Shown: positions 23,213 to 38,200 of the stretch, piece by piece
How positions within the stretch are numbered: position 1 is the first letter of the stretch
How the letters are laid out: each line of letters begins with the position of its first letter
IMG/VR virus record: IMGVR_UViG_3300017759_000004
Coordinates: 1 to 60,941 of that record
Direction: 5' to 3' (one strand)
Length of the DNA: 60,941 nucleotides
Source of the DNA: a virus
Taxonomy: Duplodnaviria > Caudoviricetes
Translations under genes and position numbers: made by a program
Notes under the pieces: generated by a model
Databases searched by the model: none
What the model saw: only the letters and a program-made list of their open reading frames with translations
Told to the model about the DNA's origin: nothing

Positions 23213-26200
23213 ATGAACATTAATAAGGTTTCTCAGTCGATTGTTTCACAATCACCCGATTTTATTGGGTCAGAATACCCCCTGTTTAATAAATTTCTTG
23301 AATACTATTATAAGTCACAAGAAAAAACTGGTTTAGGACAAAATATACTTAATAACTTCCTTCAGTATCTTGATATCGATAAATTGGATATCGGAATACT
23401 TGATGGACAAACAACTGTTGTAGAAGCAATAAATGCAACAGATGATAAAATTGTAGTAGAGAGTGTAGATCCGTTCTTAGAAAAGAATGGATCTATTCTA
23501 ATAGGCGATGAAGTTATATTCTATGAAGATGTTGAGAATGCACCAAACATCTCACTTGCTCCAGGAATCTCATATGATCAGGTAAAACTTAAGTGGACAA
23601 CACTTGCAACAATAATAACTCAGTTTAACGGAAATACAACATCATTTCCTCTAACATCTCAAGATAGTCCAATAGGACCTCCTAGTGCACAGCATTTGAT
23701 TGTATCACTATATGGTCAGATATTAATACCAAACACGGACTATACTGTTTCTGGTAGCAATATTGTCTTCACTACCGCGCCAAGAACTAAACTCCCTGCT
23801 GATGATGCGGGAGAAACATACATTTATTACCTTAGTGGTTTTGTAGAAAGTACAATTTACGGATTAGATAATCTATCTGGCGCATTTGGTGACGGAAAGA
23901 AGCAATTTACTATGACTCGTAACGGAGTATCATATGAACCGCAGAACGAAGAATATTTAAACGTAATCTATGATAATAGACTGCTAGTACCTAAAGTAGA
24001 CTACTTCATAGATAAGAATCAGTTTATATTTAAAACAGCACCTCTAAATGGGCGTTTCTTATCAATCCACTCTATAGAAGCACCAATACCTTCATTTGGT
24101 AGTGGTGCGGTTGGATTTGCTCGTATTAGTGATACTGGAACTTTAACAAGTGTATCATCTAGTGCGATTGGATCTGGATATCGTTTTGAGTATCCACCTC
24201 AAGTTAGTATTAACTCCGCAGCAGGTTCTGGTGCTTCTGCTACCGCACTTGTCAATGGTTTAAAATCAATCACTCTACTAGACGGAGGAAAGGGATATAG
24301 TACAACTAATCCTCCTGTTGTGCAAGTACAAACACCAACTAAAGCAGGATCCTCTCAAGCAACAATCACCGCAACAGTTGCTGACGGTGCAGTTACTGGA
24401 CTTAACATTACTAACTCTGGTTCTGGATATACATTTACACCTAGAATCACTTTTATTCAACCAGGTGGTGCGAAACTAGGAACTCCTGTACTTTCTAATG
24501 AACAGATCGCTTCTATACCCGTTACCGCAAACGGATTTGGATATACTACCGCACCAACAGTGTATGTTGATGAACCAACAGGTTCTAACCCAATCAAAGC
24601 AGCATTAAGAGCAAACTTAACTAGCGAAGGTAAAGTTGGTAGCATATCTGTATTAAATGCGGGACAAGGATATACAACTTCACCTAGAGTCGCTATAGTC
24701 GATCCTGTAGGTGCACAGATACTAGAAACAGTTGTTGATGGAGATGGGCGTGTTATAAGAGTTGATTTACTTAATGGTGGTAGTGGATTTGATGATGTAC
24801 CTTCAGTATACATTGTAGATAATAGAACTAACGGTGGAACTGGTGCTACTGCAGTTGCTTCTATTTTCAATGGTCAAATCACAGATATTAACATAACTGC
24901 CTTTGGTTCTGGTTATTCTGCTGCTACACCTCCAGAAATTGTCATTCAATCACCTCCGAGTGCTAAATCATCTGCTGAAATAGGTCTAAACGAAGTTACT
25001 GGTTTTGCAGTTACTGAAAATGGATCTGGATACAAGAAAGCAGCATTTACTGGGTGTGCTAGAGCAGCATCTGGTATCACTTCATATACTGAAGATGGTA
25101 ATGCGGTATTTACAAGTAATACTACTGCAGCACCCGCAATAGTTGGTGCTAGTGTAAAATGTCTTGATGCATTGTTTGTAAAAAGACTATTAGACAAATA
25201 CACTGAACAATTCTTACCTGATGTTCCCGAACTTGACTATTCTAAGATTGATGTAAGAACATCTATCAAAACTGTAAAAGATTTCTACTCTTCTAAAGGT
25301 ACATCCTTCAGTATTGCATATCTTTTCAAACTTCTTTATGGTGAGAGTGTTTCAGTTACATATCCAAAAGATCAGATCATCAAACCATCTGCTGCAACTT
25401 GGTCTATTGATACAATTCTCAGAGCAACTAAAGTTTCTGGAGATGCAACTAATATAAGAGATGGATTACTTACACAAGATGCGGACATTGCTGATCCAAA
25501 CGTTTTAGCAGCAAGTGCATTAGTAGAGAACTATATTTCGATTAAAACCTCAGATGTAGAGATATTTGAACTTGTTTTATCAGAAGAGACTATTACTGGG
25601 ACATTTACCGTACCTTATAAGACAAAACTTGCAGAACCTCTCAATACAACCGACTCAATCATTACGGTTGACTCTACTGTAGGTTGGCCAGAAAGAAACG
25701 GTGAATTTGTTATTGGATCTGGTACTAGAACAGAAGTTGTACAATATAAGGAAAAATCACTTAACCAGTTTATTGAATGTACTCGTTCAGCAAATGGTGT
25801 TGTAGAAGATTGGGATTCTGCTACACAAGTTTCTTCTAACTTTACAGTATACGTTAATAAGGGAACACTACAAGAAGTAGTGATGAACATAGTAGGTATA
25901 GTTGATGCACAGCAAACAACACTAGTTGATACAGGTTCTTACTACCTACCAGGGGACAAACTAACAGTTTCTAAGTTAGGTGGTACTAGTCTTGACCCTC
26001 ACCTTACAACATGGTTGTATAACGTTAAGAAACTTATTCAAGTTACTGGTATAACCTTCGGTGGTGTTAATAATCAGTTTGCTACTGTAACTTGTGCAAA
26101 TAATCATGGTTTGTTGGTTGGAGATCAAGTTACTGTATATGGTGCTAACCCAATCATCTATAATGGTTCATTCTTAGTCACATCTAGAGATACAAGCACA

Positions 26201-29200
26201 GTATTCCAATATCAGTTACCCCAACCCGCAACTGTGGTACCACAGGGTAATATACTTGTATCTGTTGACTTGAACAAAGGTAAATCTGATAGCACTGCAG
26301 TATTCAATGCTATTGGACCATACACAACTAACGTACAAAACTCATTTTTTAATACAACCTATGCATACCTAGCTTCAACTGGTATACCAAACTATAAAAT
26401 TGGTCCATTTCCAGGGTCTGCACTATTACCAGGCAACCAACGAAAGTTAAATCGTTTCCCTATAGTTTCTACAACTATATCAACAAAAAATACTATATCT
26501 CCAGGACCTATAGGTACATGGGTAAACGGAGTATCAATATGGTCATACAAGTCAACTAGGAAGAAAACATTTGGTGCTGTTACTAGTGTTGGTATTACTA
26601 ATGCAGGATCTGGATATGATGCTGCATCTCCACCAGTATTAACTATCAGTGGTGGTGGAGGAACTGGTGCAACTGCTGCGGTTGTTGTTAACGGTTCTGT
26701 TAGTGAAATTACTGTTACTACTGGTGGTACAGGATTTACTTCTTCTCCTCTAGTTTCAATCGTTGGTGGTGGCGGTTCTGGTGCTGCTGCAACTGCTATC
26801 ATTACAAAAGGAGTTGTATCTAGAATATTAATCAACTCAGGTGGTACTGGATATACTTCACAACCTCAAATCACTATTGTAGGTGGCGGTGGAAGCGGTG
26901 CTGCTGCTACAGCATCTGTTCGTGGTCCTATTCAATCAGTTGCCATATCAGCAGGTGGTACTTCATATACATCAACTCCTACTGTAACATTAAGTTCTGG
27001 TAGTGGTGCTGTTGCACAAGCTATAGTCAATAACGGTAGAATCATATCTATTGCGATTATATCTGCTGGATCTGGATATACGACTGCTCCTGAGATCACT
27101 ATACAAGGTGCAGGTTTTGGTGCTGTTGCTAGAGCAACTATAGACACTGATGGAGAAAATGCAGGTAGAGTGACTGGTATCACTATTGTTAACAGAGGTA
27201 TTAGTTATGTACAGGGAACTACTGTAATAAGTCTAAACTCAGTTGGTGCAGGTGCTTCATTTAATGCTAACGTATTTGAGTGGACTTATAACTTACAAAA
27301 ATCAACAACATTTGATAGTGCTAAAGGTTCTGTATTTGAAGGATATAATAATCAGTATGGTGGTGAATATGCACACTTAAGCAATCCTCAAACACTTAGA
27401 TATATTCTTGGTGATAACTTATTTGAAAATACAGCAGGTTTAATAAAAGAAAAGGAAGATGGACTCGAACACTCTCCTATTATTGGTTGGGCATTTGATG
27501 GAAACCCAATATACGGTCCTTATGGATACTCAGATCCTACAGATCAATCCTCATCAATAGCAAAATTAAATACTTCATACAGACTTAAAACTAATCTAGT
27601 ATATAATGTAGATTCTAATCCCACTCCTGTTAGAACAGCAGGACCATTATTAACTGCTGAAGTTGCAGGTAATTTTGTAGAAGACTATGAATATGTGTTT
27701 GGTCTAGGTGCACTCGATCAATATAACGGTAGATTCTGTAAAACACCTGATTATCCAACAGGTAGATATTGTTACTTTGTTACTATTGATTCTACTGAAG
27801 ATGGTGGTGCATTATTCCCATATGTTTTAGGACCTGATTTCAACTCGGTTGTAGACACTTGGAACTTAAGTGCAACTGCTATTCAGCAAAATATTCCTAC
27901 TGGTGTTGTTAGATATCGTGATCCTTATGAGAATGTTGATATTGACGTTGAGAGGGCACCAAATGCCTCTACAAACGCTCTAACACTAGAGAATGGTGAT
28001 ATACTACTATTTGAGATAGAAGACGAAGATAGAAGTGGTGTTATTGAAGCGGATGAGACTGCTGATCCCGATCAGGTCTTTGAAGAGTCACCATTACAAT
28101 TATTTGATTACTTCCCAACTGTTAAGTTGGATTCTAAGGTTGATATTGAAGTTGAGACTACAACTAAGTTTGAAGATGCTTCGGTAACTGGATTTACAGT
28201 TGAAAACCCAGGTATATCTTATCAGGTCAACGATAGACTAATCTTTGACAACACTGATACTGATGGTTCTGGTGTTTCTGCTCGTATTTCAAGAATCGTA
28301 GGTGAAACAGTTGAAGCATATACATTTGAAAATATAAGTGGTAATAACTTTGGTGTTCTTACTACAGTCAATCCACATAACTTACAAGCAGGTGATAGTG
28401 TATTTGTTGACTATACTCCTGTCATGGCAAATACCAATAAGACATATTCAGTCAGACAGTTTAAAGGTATTGAAGAAATAGTTATTAATACAACAGGATC
28501 TGGATATAATAGTGATATTCCTCCTACTATCATTATTGATGGTAATGGTACTGGCGGTCAGTTAGAAGCAGTTGTAACATCAGTTGGATCTATTGAAACT
28601 GTTAATATTGTAAACTCAGGTTTTGGTTATACAAGTAATCCTAGAGTTATCCTTTCACATCCTCAAGTATTCAAAAAGGCAGATTACTATATCGCTAAGT
28701 TTAGTAACGCACAATATGTAAAAGTAAATGACGTTTATGTAAACTCTGACAAAGAAGTTTATCTTTGTGGTAAAACTAAAGACTCATCAGGTAATGCAGT
28801 TGCATTTTTAGCAAAACTATCTGCATCTGGTGTTAAAGAATGGGAGAAGACATTAGAACTAGCAACTGGTCAAGAAGAGTCCGAATTTATTAGATTATTT
28901 GTTGATGGTCATGATATTTGGGTTGTTGGTGAGAATAGACCAAATAGTTCAATTCTTTCGCAATATAATCCAGATATTGTACTTGCTAAGTATGTTGAAG
29001 CATCAAACGGTCTGACTGCTACACTATCATTCCAAAAAGGATATGCAGGTATCTCTGGTTCAACTCGTGCTGATCACATTACATGCATTAAGAAATATTC
29101 TAGCACTAGATTTATTATTGGAGGATTTACCAATACTAACTCAGGTGCACCTTATGATGCATTTATAGCATCTATTGATACTTCTGGTAATTTTGCAATC

Positions 29201-32200
29201 AAGAGAAAACTTGCTTCTTCTAATAAGTCTGAGAAGATCACCGACATTATAGTTAATGGAACAGACGTATATGCTTCATTAGAAATTGCTGCTACTTCTT
29301 CTGCTGCAGATATTGATGTTGCAGTTGCTAAGATTAGTTTTGGTACTACTGTTATAACAGTAGACTGGGTTAATCAGTATGCAAATAGTCTATATTCTAT
29401 ACTAAACTCAAGTCTTGATATTGATGAGTTTAACGAAATCTATATTACTGGTGGACTAAGACTTAAAGCAGATGATGCAACTAGAGATAGTTGGTGGGTT
29501 GGTAAGATAGACACAACAGGTGCTCTTATTTGGAACTATAGATATCTTGCTCCAGGAAGAGATCTTACTATGGCAGCAACTTCTGCTATTGATATCTTTG
29601 GTGATTTGAACGTAGCATTTACAAGAATAGACAATACAAGTACATTAACAACTATCGATACTGTTAAAATTGGTTATGATGGTAAAATTAAAAATCATAC
29701 AACCAATCAATCAACTGCAAATAAGATTGAAGGACTTACTGTTCACTCAATAGATGTTGATAACTCTGGTGATATTCACGCTGTAGGTCAGACTCAATGG
29801 AATAGAAATGAGTTCTTATTCCCATTCACTGCAGGTTCTACTGCTGATAGTACTACTGCATATACATTAACATCTACATCAACTAGTAACTCTATTACAT
29901 ATGCCGACAACGTTGCTAAGATCAATGGATATCAAACAGGACAAACATCTTGGACACAAGCAAATCTTCAGATTACTTCTGCTCAACTAGGTACTAAACT
30001 CGCTAGTGACTTTACTATCGAGATGATGGTATACAAAGATTCTACTGTAACTTCTGTATCGCCTACACAACAAACACTGATTGGTATTGGTGACGCTGAA
30101 GTAGCAACTGGTGGTCTTTGGTTATACTATGATATATCAGGAGGTAAGTTAGAACTTGTTATAACAAATAGTTCTACTAAACTTAACTCTGCATCTGGAG
30201 CAGCACAATCTGCTTTAAGTAACATGTATGCTGATAATACATGGCAGTTTATTGGATTGAAGAAAGAAGGAAACGTATATACCGTTTATGTTAATGGTAT
30301 ACAAGTTATACAGAGTACTATTGCAGGTACAAGTTTAGGTAGTAAAGATCTTTACATTGGACAGTATCCTGGAAGAAGTGGTACTATAGGTAACTTTAGA
30401 GCAAATGAACAGGGTCAGTTCTTTGTTGATAATCTTAGATTGAGAAATAGAGCAGTTACACCAACTGTACCAAGTGATGTCAGTGCTTTACCTACAGCAG
30501 GTGCATTTGGATTTGCATATAGTTGGACTAATACAGCATGGTTTACTACTAATACTAATCGTTATGATCTTATAGATTTTGAAGGATTTGCACTTAAGTC
30601 TGATAAAAATGCAGATGCTGCAAGAATTGGTACTATTTCTACAGGAACTAATACACAGATAGGATTTACAAGAACTGCAGTTACTCCTGTAACTGGTAGT
30701 ACACTTACAATACAGAATACTGGTTACGCATTATCTGAGGCAGGATTCCAGTCATTAGACTTTGATGATGCTACAATCACTATGACTGAAGGTACTCAGA
30801 CACTTACATATACACAAGACATATGGAGTTCTAGAACTGCTACAGTTCCTTCACCTGGATCACAAAAACTTAGTGTATCTGCTGTTGTTAAAGACAGATA
30901 CTTCTTTAAGGTAACACCTACTATCAAAATTGATAATGTACAGAAGTTAACTATAAATCAAGCATTCAACTTTAGTATTGGTTCAAAACTACGCCTTAAT
31001 AACTCATCTGGTGTATTTGTTAATAGCGGTTATGTTGTTAGAAGAGATGTTGATAATAATCAGATATATCTTGCTGTAAACAATAATACATGGACAGATG
31101 ACTTAAATACTGGTCAACTTGTTACTGAACAGTTTAGTGAGCAATCAACTTATGGTATTGTAGGACCTATACCTAACGATATCAACATTATAGAAGGATA
31201 TACATTTGCGACAATCACTAATACAACTCCTGGAACTTTTGATATTGATCTTAATGATTTTAACCTTGATGGCACCACATCAACTGGTTCTGGTAACTTA
31301 GATAGTTTTGCCAAGTTCAAACCATTTGCAACTGCAGATTACTCTGTAAGAATCGATGAAGTCTCTGGATCATCAGCATACATTGTTGGATCTGTTGTAC
31401 AACTAACATCGGGTGATATATCATTCAACACTGCATATAGCACAACACAGATAACAAACCTTACTGGCGTACTCAAGATTACATTAGTTGCAAATCTTGA
31501 CAAAATTTTACAAGTCACTGCAGTAGCTAACAGTGATGAAGTGTATGTAATCACTAACACAAGTCATTATCTCTCCACTGGAGATATGATTTATGTTGAT
31601 GGTAACCCTAGCCAGACTATAGGTAGCACTGTGTATGATGAATATGATGGTGCATTCGCTGTTAATAGGGTAATCAGTCCTCTAGAATTTGTATATAAAC
31701 TACCAACAGTAGCACAAACAAGTCCTGCTACATCAGCATCGAGTGTCAATATATTTGTTAAGTCACCTGTCTTGAAGATGTACTATGGTCATCAGTATAT
31801 CTTTGACCTCAGTCATTCATCTCTTGTTGGTGGTAACTTATCATTTGCTAAAGATAGTCTATACAAACTTGAATATTCATTCAACTCTATTGAAAGAGTC
31901 GGAACTCCTGGTGTCACTGGTGCAGGACAACCTAATCCATCTGTAACACTTAAAGTTGATGAAACTATAGTTACCAATATTTCATATTACTTTGATCCTT
32001 CTAGAACTGGATCAGATTCACCTGTTGTTGCAGGAAGTTACTTAGACGTTGTTGATTCTCCATATAAGGGTGTATTTGAAATCAGTTCTGTTGCAGGTGC
32101 TACTATTACTCGTGGTGCTGATATAATCAAATATCCTCTATTGAATGAACCAGAAGGTGCTGCTGACATTAATCAAGCAACATATGCAACATCTTCATTA

Positions 32201-35200
32201 AGAGCAGTTGGATCAATCAATGCTGTTCGTATTGTAAACCCAGGTGGTTTCTATACTAGATTACCTATTGTAACTAGCATACAATCTACAAGACAGATAG
32301 AGAGAGTACAAATCAATAATCCTGGAACTGAGTATGCTGTAGGAACTTATAGTAGTGTACCTATTGGTGGTGATGGAGAAGGTGGATTTGTAGAAATTAT
32401 TGTTGCTGATGGAACTGATGCTAACGGTGTAACTATTCCAGGTCAGATAAACAGCGTTGTAGTTACATCTCCAGGTAAAAACTATACTACAGCAACAATA
32501 GACATTGAAGCAATCAGTGGTATATTAGGATCTGGTTTGACTGGATCTGGTGCAGAAATTGTAGTTGTTATACCTCCATTTGGTTCTGGTGCATCTATCT
32601 TTACTAAAGGTGATAGTGTTGGTAAGATTAAGAAACTTAAGAACAATAACTTTGGTTATGATTATCCTCATGATTATACATTACGTCCTGAGATTACATT
32701 CCCAATCAATGCTCAGTTAACATCTACAAGCATACTAGACAGTATTACAGTTACAGACCCTGGAACTGGATATTCACAAGCACCTGCTGTTGTCATCACT
32801 GGAGGTGGTGGTAGTGGTGCTATTGCAGAAGCATCAATTAAGAACGGTAGATTAGATACTATTATTGTTAAAGACCCAGGTGCAGGTTATTCATCAACTC
32901 CTGCAGTTAACCTAAGATCATCATTCAACTATGTTGTAAACCTTGACTTAGGATTACTACAGTTTGCTTTCCCACATGGTATTGCAAATGGTTCTGCAGT
33001 TACATTGAATGTTGTTGATACTGGTGAAGGAGCAGACTTCCCGCTATCTGCAGGTGCGACTGGTAGATTAAACTCATCTACAACTTACTATGCTATATCT
33101 GGTACTGCAAACTCACTAGAAACAGATCAGTTAAAACTTGCCATTACTGCTGCTAACGCTGCACTTGGTGATGCATTATCATATGTCAACGCAGGTACAG
33201 GTCGTCAACAAGTATTAACTGAATCATTTGGTGGTGCTGCTACAGCAAACGTTATTACATCAACCTTCCTAGAAGGAGAACTTGTATATCAAGGTGATTC
33301 ACTTGCTACTTCTACTGCACAAGGTTATGTTTCAACTAACTCAGGATGGCAGATAGGACCTAGAGTCCTTAAGATTGTCGATTACACTGGTACATTCAGT
33401 CAAGGATCAAGAATAACTGGTGTTATTTCTAAGTCTTCTGGTATCATGTCTGATATCAAGGTTGCTACTGGTGTTCTAGAGATTGGTTCTATCACTAAAA
33501 CTACTGGTCAGTTTATCGATGACGTTGGTAAACCATCTGAAATTATTCAAAAGATTCAAGATAGTTACTACTATCAAGACTTCTCATATGCTGTTAAGTC
33601 TGCTGTTTCTATTGGTGATTGGAAAGAGATTCTTATCAAGAACGTTCACCCCGCATCATTTAAAGTATTTGGTGAGTTAGACCTAAATGATTATGGTGTC
33701 ATTCCTAATAAAGAAACTGCATTCCAGTTAACTAAATCTGTTGAACTTGCTAGAGATGCGATTGTTCCTAACATCCAAAACTTTGCTCTTGTTGAACCTG
33801 TTTATTCTGAGTTCAATAATACTGAAGTTCTATTCCGTCAAAAACGTCTTACTTCTTCTGAAAACATTCTAACTTCTGTTGTACAGAGATTAGATGATAT
33901 ATCAACTCAATTTGATGGTCAAAAAATATCATTCCCTCTAACTGTTGATGGTAACAACGTTGTTGCGAATGCTAACCAGTTAATGATTGTTCTTAACGGT
34001 GTTGTACAAACTCCAGGAACTGCATTTGAGTTACAAGGTGATGCTATTGTATTCAGCGAACCACCACAACCTCCTGCAAGTATTAAGTATGTAAATGTCA
34101 CTATAAATCAGATTGCAACTAAGACTGTCACATTCAATAATATTAGTGGCATCTTCCCAACTATCGGAATGGCATTAGTTGGTACTTCATCAGGAGCAAG
34201 ATTAACTGTTACTAAGATTACTGGTAATGATATTGATGGATTTATTACACAAGGAACATTTACACTAGGTGAACTAGCAACTGTTGGTGCGACTGGATTT
34301 GCTGCTAATATTGGTACGGTAACTGATGTATCTAATATTGGATTATTTGTATTTGGGGAAAATGTATCTAACCTCACTAGCAACACTGCTAAAGTTGAAC
34401 AAATTAACTTACAGAGTGGTGCTGAAACTCCTCTTGCTCAGTTACGTTATACTATTGGTGCTTCAACTACATCTATTGAGATGGTAGCATATAGAACCGA
34501 TAACACTGCTGCTGATGCTCCTGTTACTGCAGGTACATTTGTTACAGGTAAAAACTATCAGGTAGAATCAGAAATATTCCTAGTAAACACTATTGTACAA
34601 AATAATAACTCAACAACATTAACTGTAACTAGAGCACAAAATGGAACAGCAGCAGTATCTCATCAAGAATATAATCCGATATATGGAACTGATATCACAG
34701 TTACAAATACACTAACATTAAGTAAGACTGCAGGTACATATCAATCAACACCAGGATTATTTGATATAGTATTAAATGATTACATTATTGGTGCACAATC
34801 TGGTGTAGTTGCTCAAATAACTGCAACATCTACTTATCAAGATCCTACAACTAATGAGTTTATAGGACAGGTCAATATATCTGAAGGTTCATCATTCTTT
34901 GGATTACTATTCAACAGAATTACATCACAGACTTATCCAAACATTGTTCTTGATAATATCTCACAATCACAGATTGGTATAGTTAACTTCACTGATAACT
35001 TAACTGCATTTGATAGTAGTTTCCCTGCTAATGAGCAAGTTAATAACTATGTGATTCCTTATGATAACTTAACTGGAACATTCCAAGAGAATGAATATAT
35101 TCGTAACTATAAGATTGATTACGGTAATAATAATGGCGACTTCCTTGCTACCGAAGGTGCTAGAATTAGAAAACTAACAATCACTGATAGAATTGGTGAT

Positions 35201-38200
35201 GGAATATTCCAGACTGGTCAAGTTATCAGATCTAGAGATAGTAAAGCAGAAGTTGTTGGTTATAACCAAGCAAGAAATACAATTTATCTCGGTAAGATTG
35301 GTAGATCACAACGTGGTGGATTAGATTACAACCCTCCAACATGGTATGGTGAAGCACAGATTGATACATCAACTAAGAAGTTTGGTACTGGATCTTTATT
35401 ATTAGGAAGAGCAAATCATACTCATACCTTTGTAAGTGGTGTTACTAACGGAATCCAGGCATCAAATGGTGCTACTTCTACACACACTGCTCAGACAGGT
35501 ACATCTTACGATCCTGAGGCAGGAACATTAGTAATCAATATTGGAACTCATAGTTTAACAACAAGCAATAAGGTTACTATTGCTGACAGTGCGATTACAT
35601 TTACATGTACTGCTGATAGCAATACAACAAATCATCCATATCCAAGATCAACTGACCCTGCATCTGGACAAGCATTAACAATCAGTGCAGTAACTTCTGA
35701 TACGATTACTGTTAGTGTTGGTGTTGCACAGGTCACATTAGATTACTTGAATGTAGATTCATCCAGTGATTTTGCATGGGGAACTGCAGCATTTACTATA
35801 GAACTTTATGTTAAGGCAGCAGCAGCATCTATATCTGGTGTTACAACTTTACTTGACTTTAGAACAACAGCAAATGATGTAGCAGGTCGTTTATATACAA
35901 ATGGTGGTCAAGTTCGTTATAACGTTAATAACTCTGATCTAGTAACATCTGGTGCTACTGTTCTTGCTACAGATACATGGACACATATTGTTGTACAGAA
36001 AACTTCTACTACTGTTAAAATATTCCTAGATGGTACTGAAAGAGGAACTGGTACTGATAGTCAAAACTATGCTGCTAAACCATTAAGAATTGGTGCAGAT
36101 TATGCAGGAGCAAATGCATTCTTTGGACATATTGATGAACTAAGATTGAGTTCAGAAAGTCGTTACTCAACAATACCATTCACTCCTCAAAATGGAATGT
36201 TCCAAGGTGATGCTAATACAAAACTATTATGGCATTTTGATGGTGCTGATAAGCAAGTATTCTTAGAAGACTGGTCTGGTGCACCTGACTTTACTATCGA
36301 TGAATATGTTAATAATGATGCTATCAGAGCAACTGCTAGATTAATCGGTGGTGTACATACATTTGTTTCTGCAACAACTAATGCAATCAGTGTAACTGGA
36401 TCAAGTAGTTTCACTCCAACTGCAGTTGATTATGATGCAACTACAGGTTTGATGGAAATCAATATTGGATCTCATAGTTATACAACATCTGATACTATTA
36501 CGATTGCTGCAAACTCATTAACATTCACATGTACAAAAGATAATAACGCAACAAATCATTCTTATCCAAGAGTGACAGATCCTTCATACGGAGCAACCCT
36601 TGCTATCACTGCAGTTACAGGAGATACAATCACAGTTAATGTAGGTCTTGCAAGTAGAGGATTTGATCAGAAGACACACAGATATATCAACGCTGCAGAC
36701 CTTCTAATATTGAACTACGATTACATTGCTAATGAAGCAGTGTATATTATGAAAGAGCGTTATCCATTCTTTACTATTGTTGGTGGAGAAGTTAACTGTG
36801 AAGATGATGTAAGAGATATTCTTAAAGCAATGGTTGAAGATCTTAGAAATGGATCTAACAGTCATACATGGGATGCTGCAGCATTATACGTTAATAGAAC
36901 TACTAACCCTATCACTCTATTACATGTTTCAGATGATCTTAAAGAATCATTATACACTTACGATATAGTAGAGAAGTTAGCTAGATTTGTTATTAACAAT
37001 CATCCATGGTCTACATTAGGTGATCATGGTTTGACACAGAAGTACGATACTACAATCACAGAATCAAACTATCTTACTCAGTCTGTAACTCAATTTACTC
37101 CATCAACTGCAACATATAATCCTGCTACTGGTGACATGGTTGTTACTAGCAACGGACATGGATTGACAAGTGATACAAATCTTACTGCATCCAATGCAAC
37201 TTATAATGCTGCTACTGGTGTTTTAAATATTACCTCTAACAGTCACAATCTTGCAACTGGTGATAAGATTCAACTTGCTGATAACTCATTGACATTTACA
37301 TGTTCAATGGACAGCAATGCTACAAACCATACCTATCCAAGAGCAAAAGATCCTGCTGCTCAAGGTTGGCAAGAAGTTACAAGAGTTGATGCTAATAACT
37401 TCACTATTGATGTTGGTAAGTCACCAATAGTAAACTATCAACCAACAGGTGCAACTTACGATCCTTCCACTGGTGTTGCTGTATTAACACTACCAGATAA
37501 CAACTTAGGAATAGGAACTTATGTTAAGGTTACCGCAAACTCTCTAACATTTGCTAGAGGAACTGGTGGAAATGGAACTCTTCCTGCAACAGACAAATAT
37601 GTTAACATCACACAAAATGGTGTAACATCAACTGCTACAGGTGCAACCTATAGTACTTCCGACGGTGTTTTAGTCATCACTCAAAATGCTCACGGATTTG
37701 TTGTAGGAGACAAGATCAGGATTGCTGATAACTCACTATCATTTACTTGTACTAAAGATGGTAATCATGAGACTAAAACATATCCTCGTTCAACAGATCC
37801 TTTCTCTGGTAGATGGTTAAGAATTACAGCAAAGACAGACAACACATTTACAGTTAATGTTGGTCCTTCTTCTGCTGCTGATCAATATGTTCATACATTC
37901 GTATCTGCTGCAGCAAACGGTATTATCAAGAGAGATAATACTATAACTGTCAATATTGGAACCGATTCCAATACAAGTACACATACATTCTCTAGTGCTC
38001 TATCTAACACCGTAATAACAGGAGGTAACTACACACATGCATTCGTTTCTGCTACCACTAATGGCATCACTGTTTCTGGTGATTCTGTATTCCTTGCGGA
38101 TGGTGCTGTCTCATTCACTTGTTCCAAGGATGGTAACTCAAAGATTACTGCATACCCAAGAAAAACAGACCCTGCGTCTAAGCAAGTTCTTAAAATTTCT

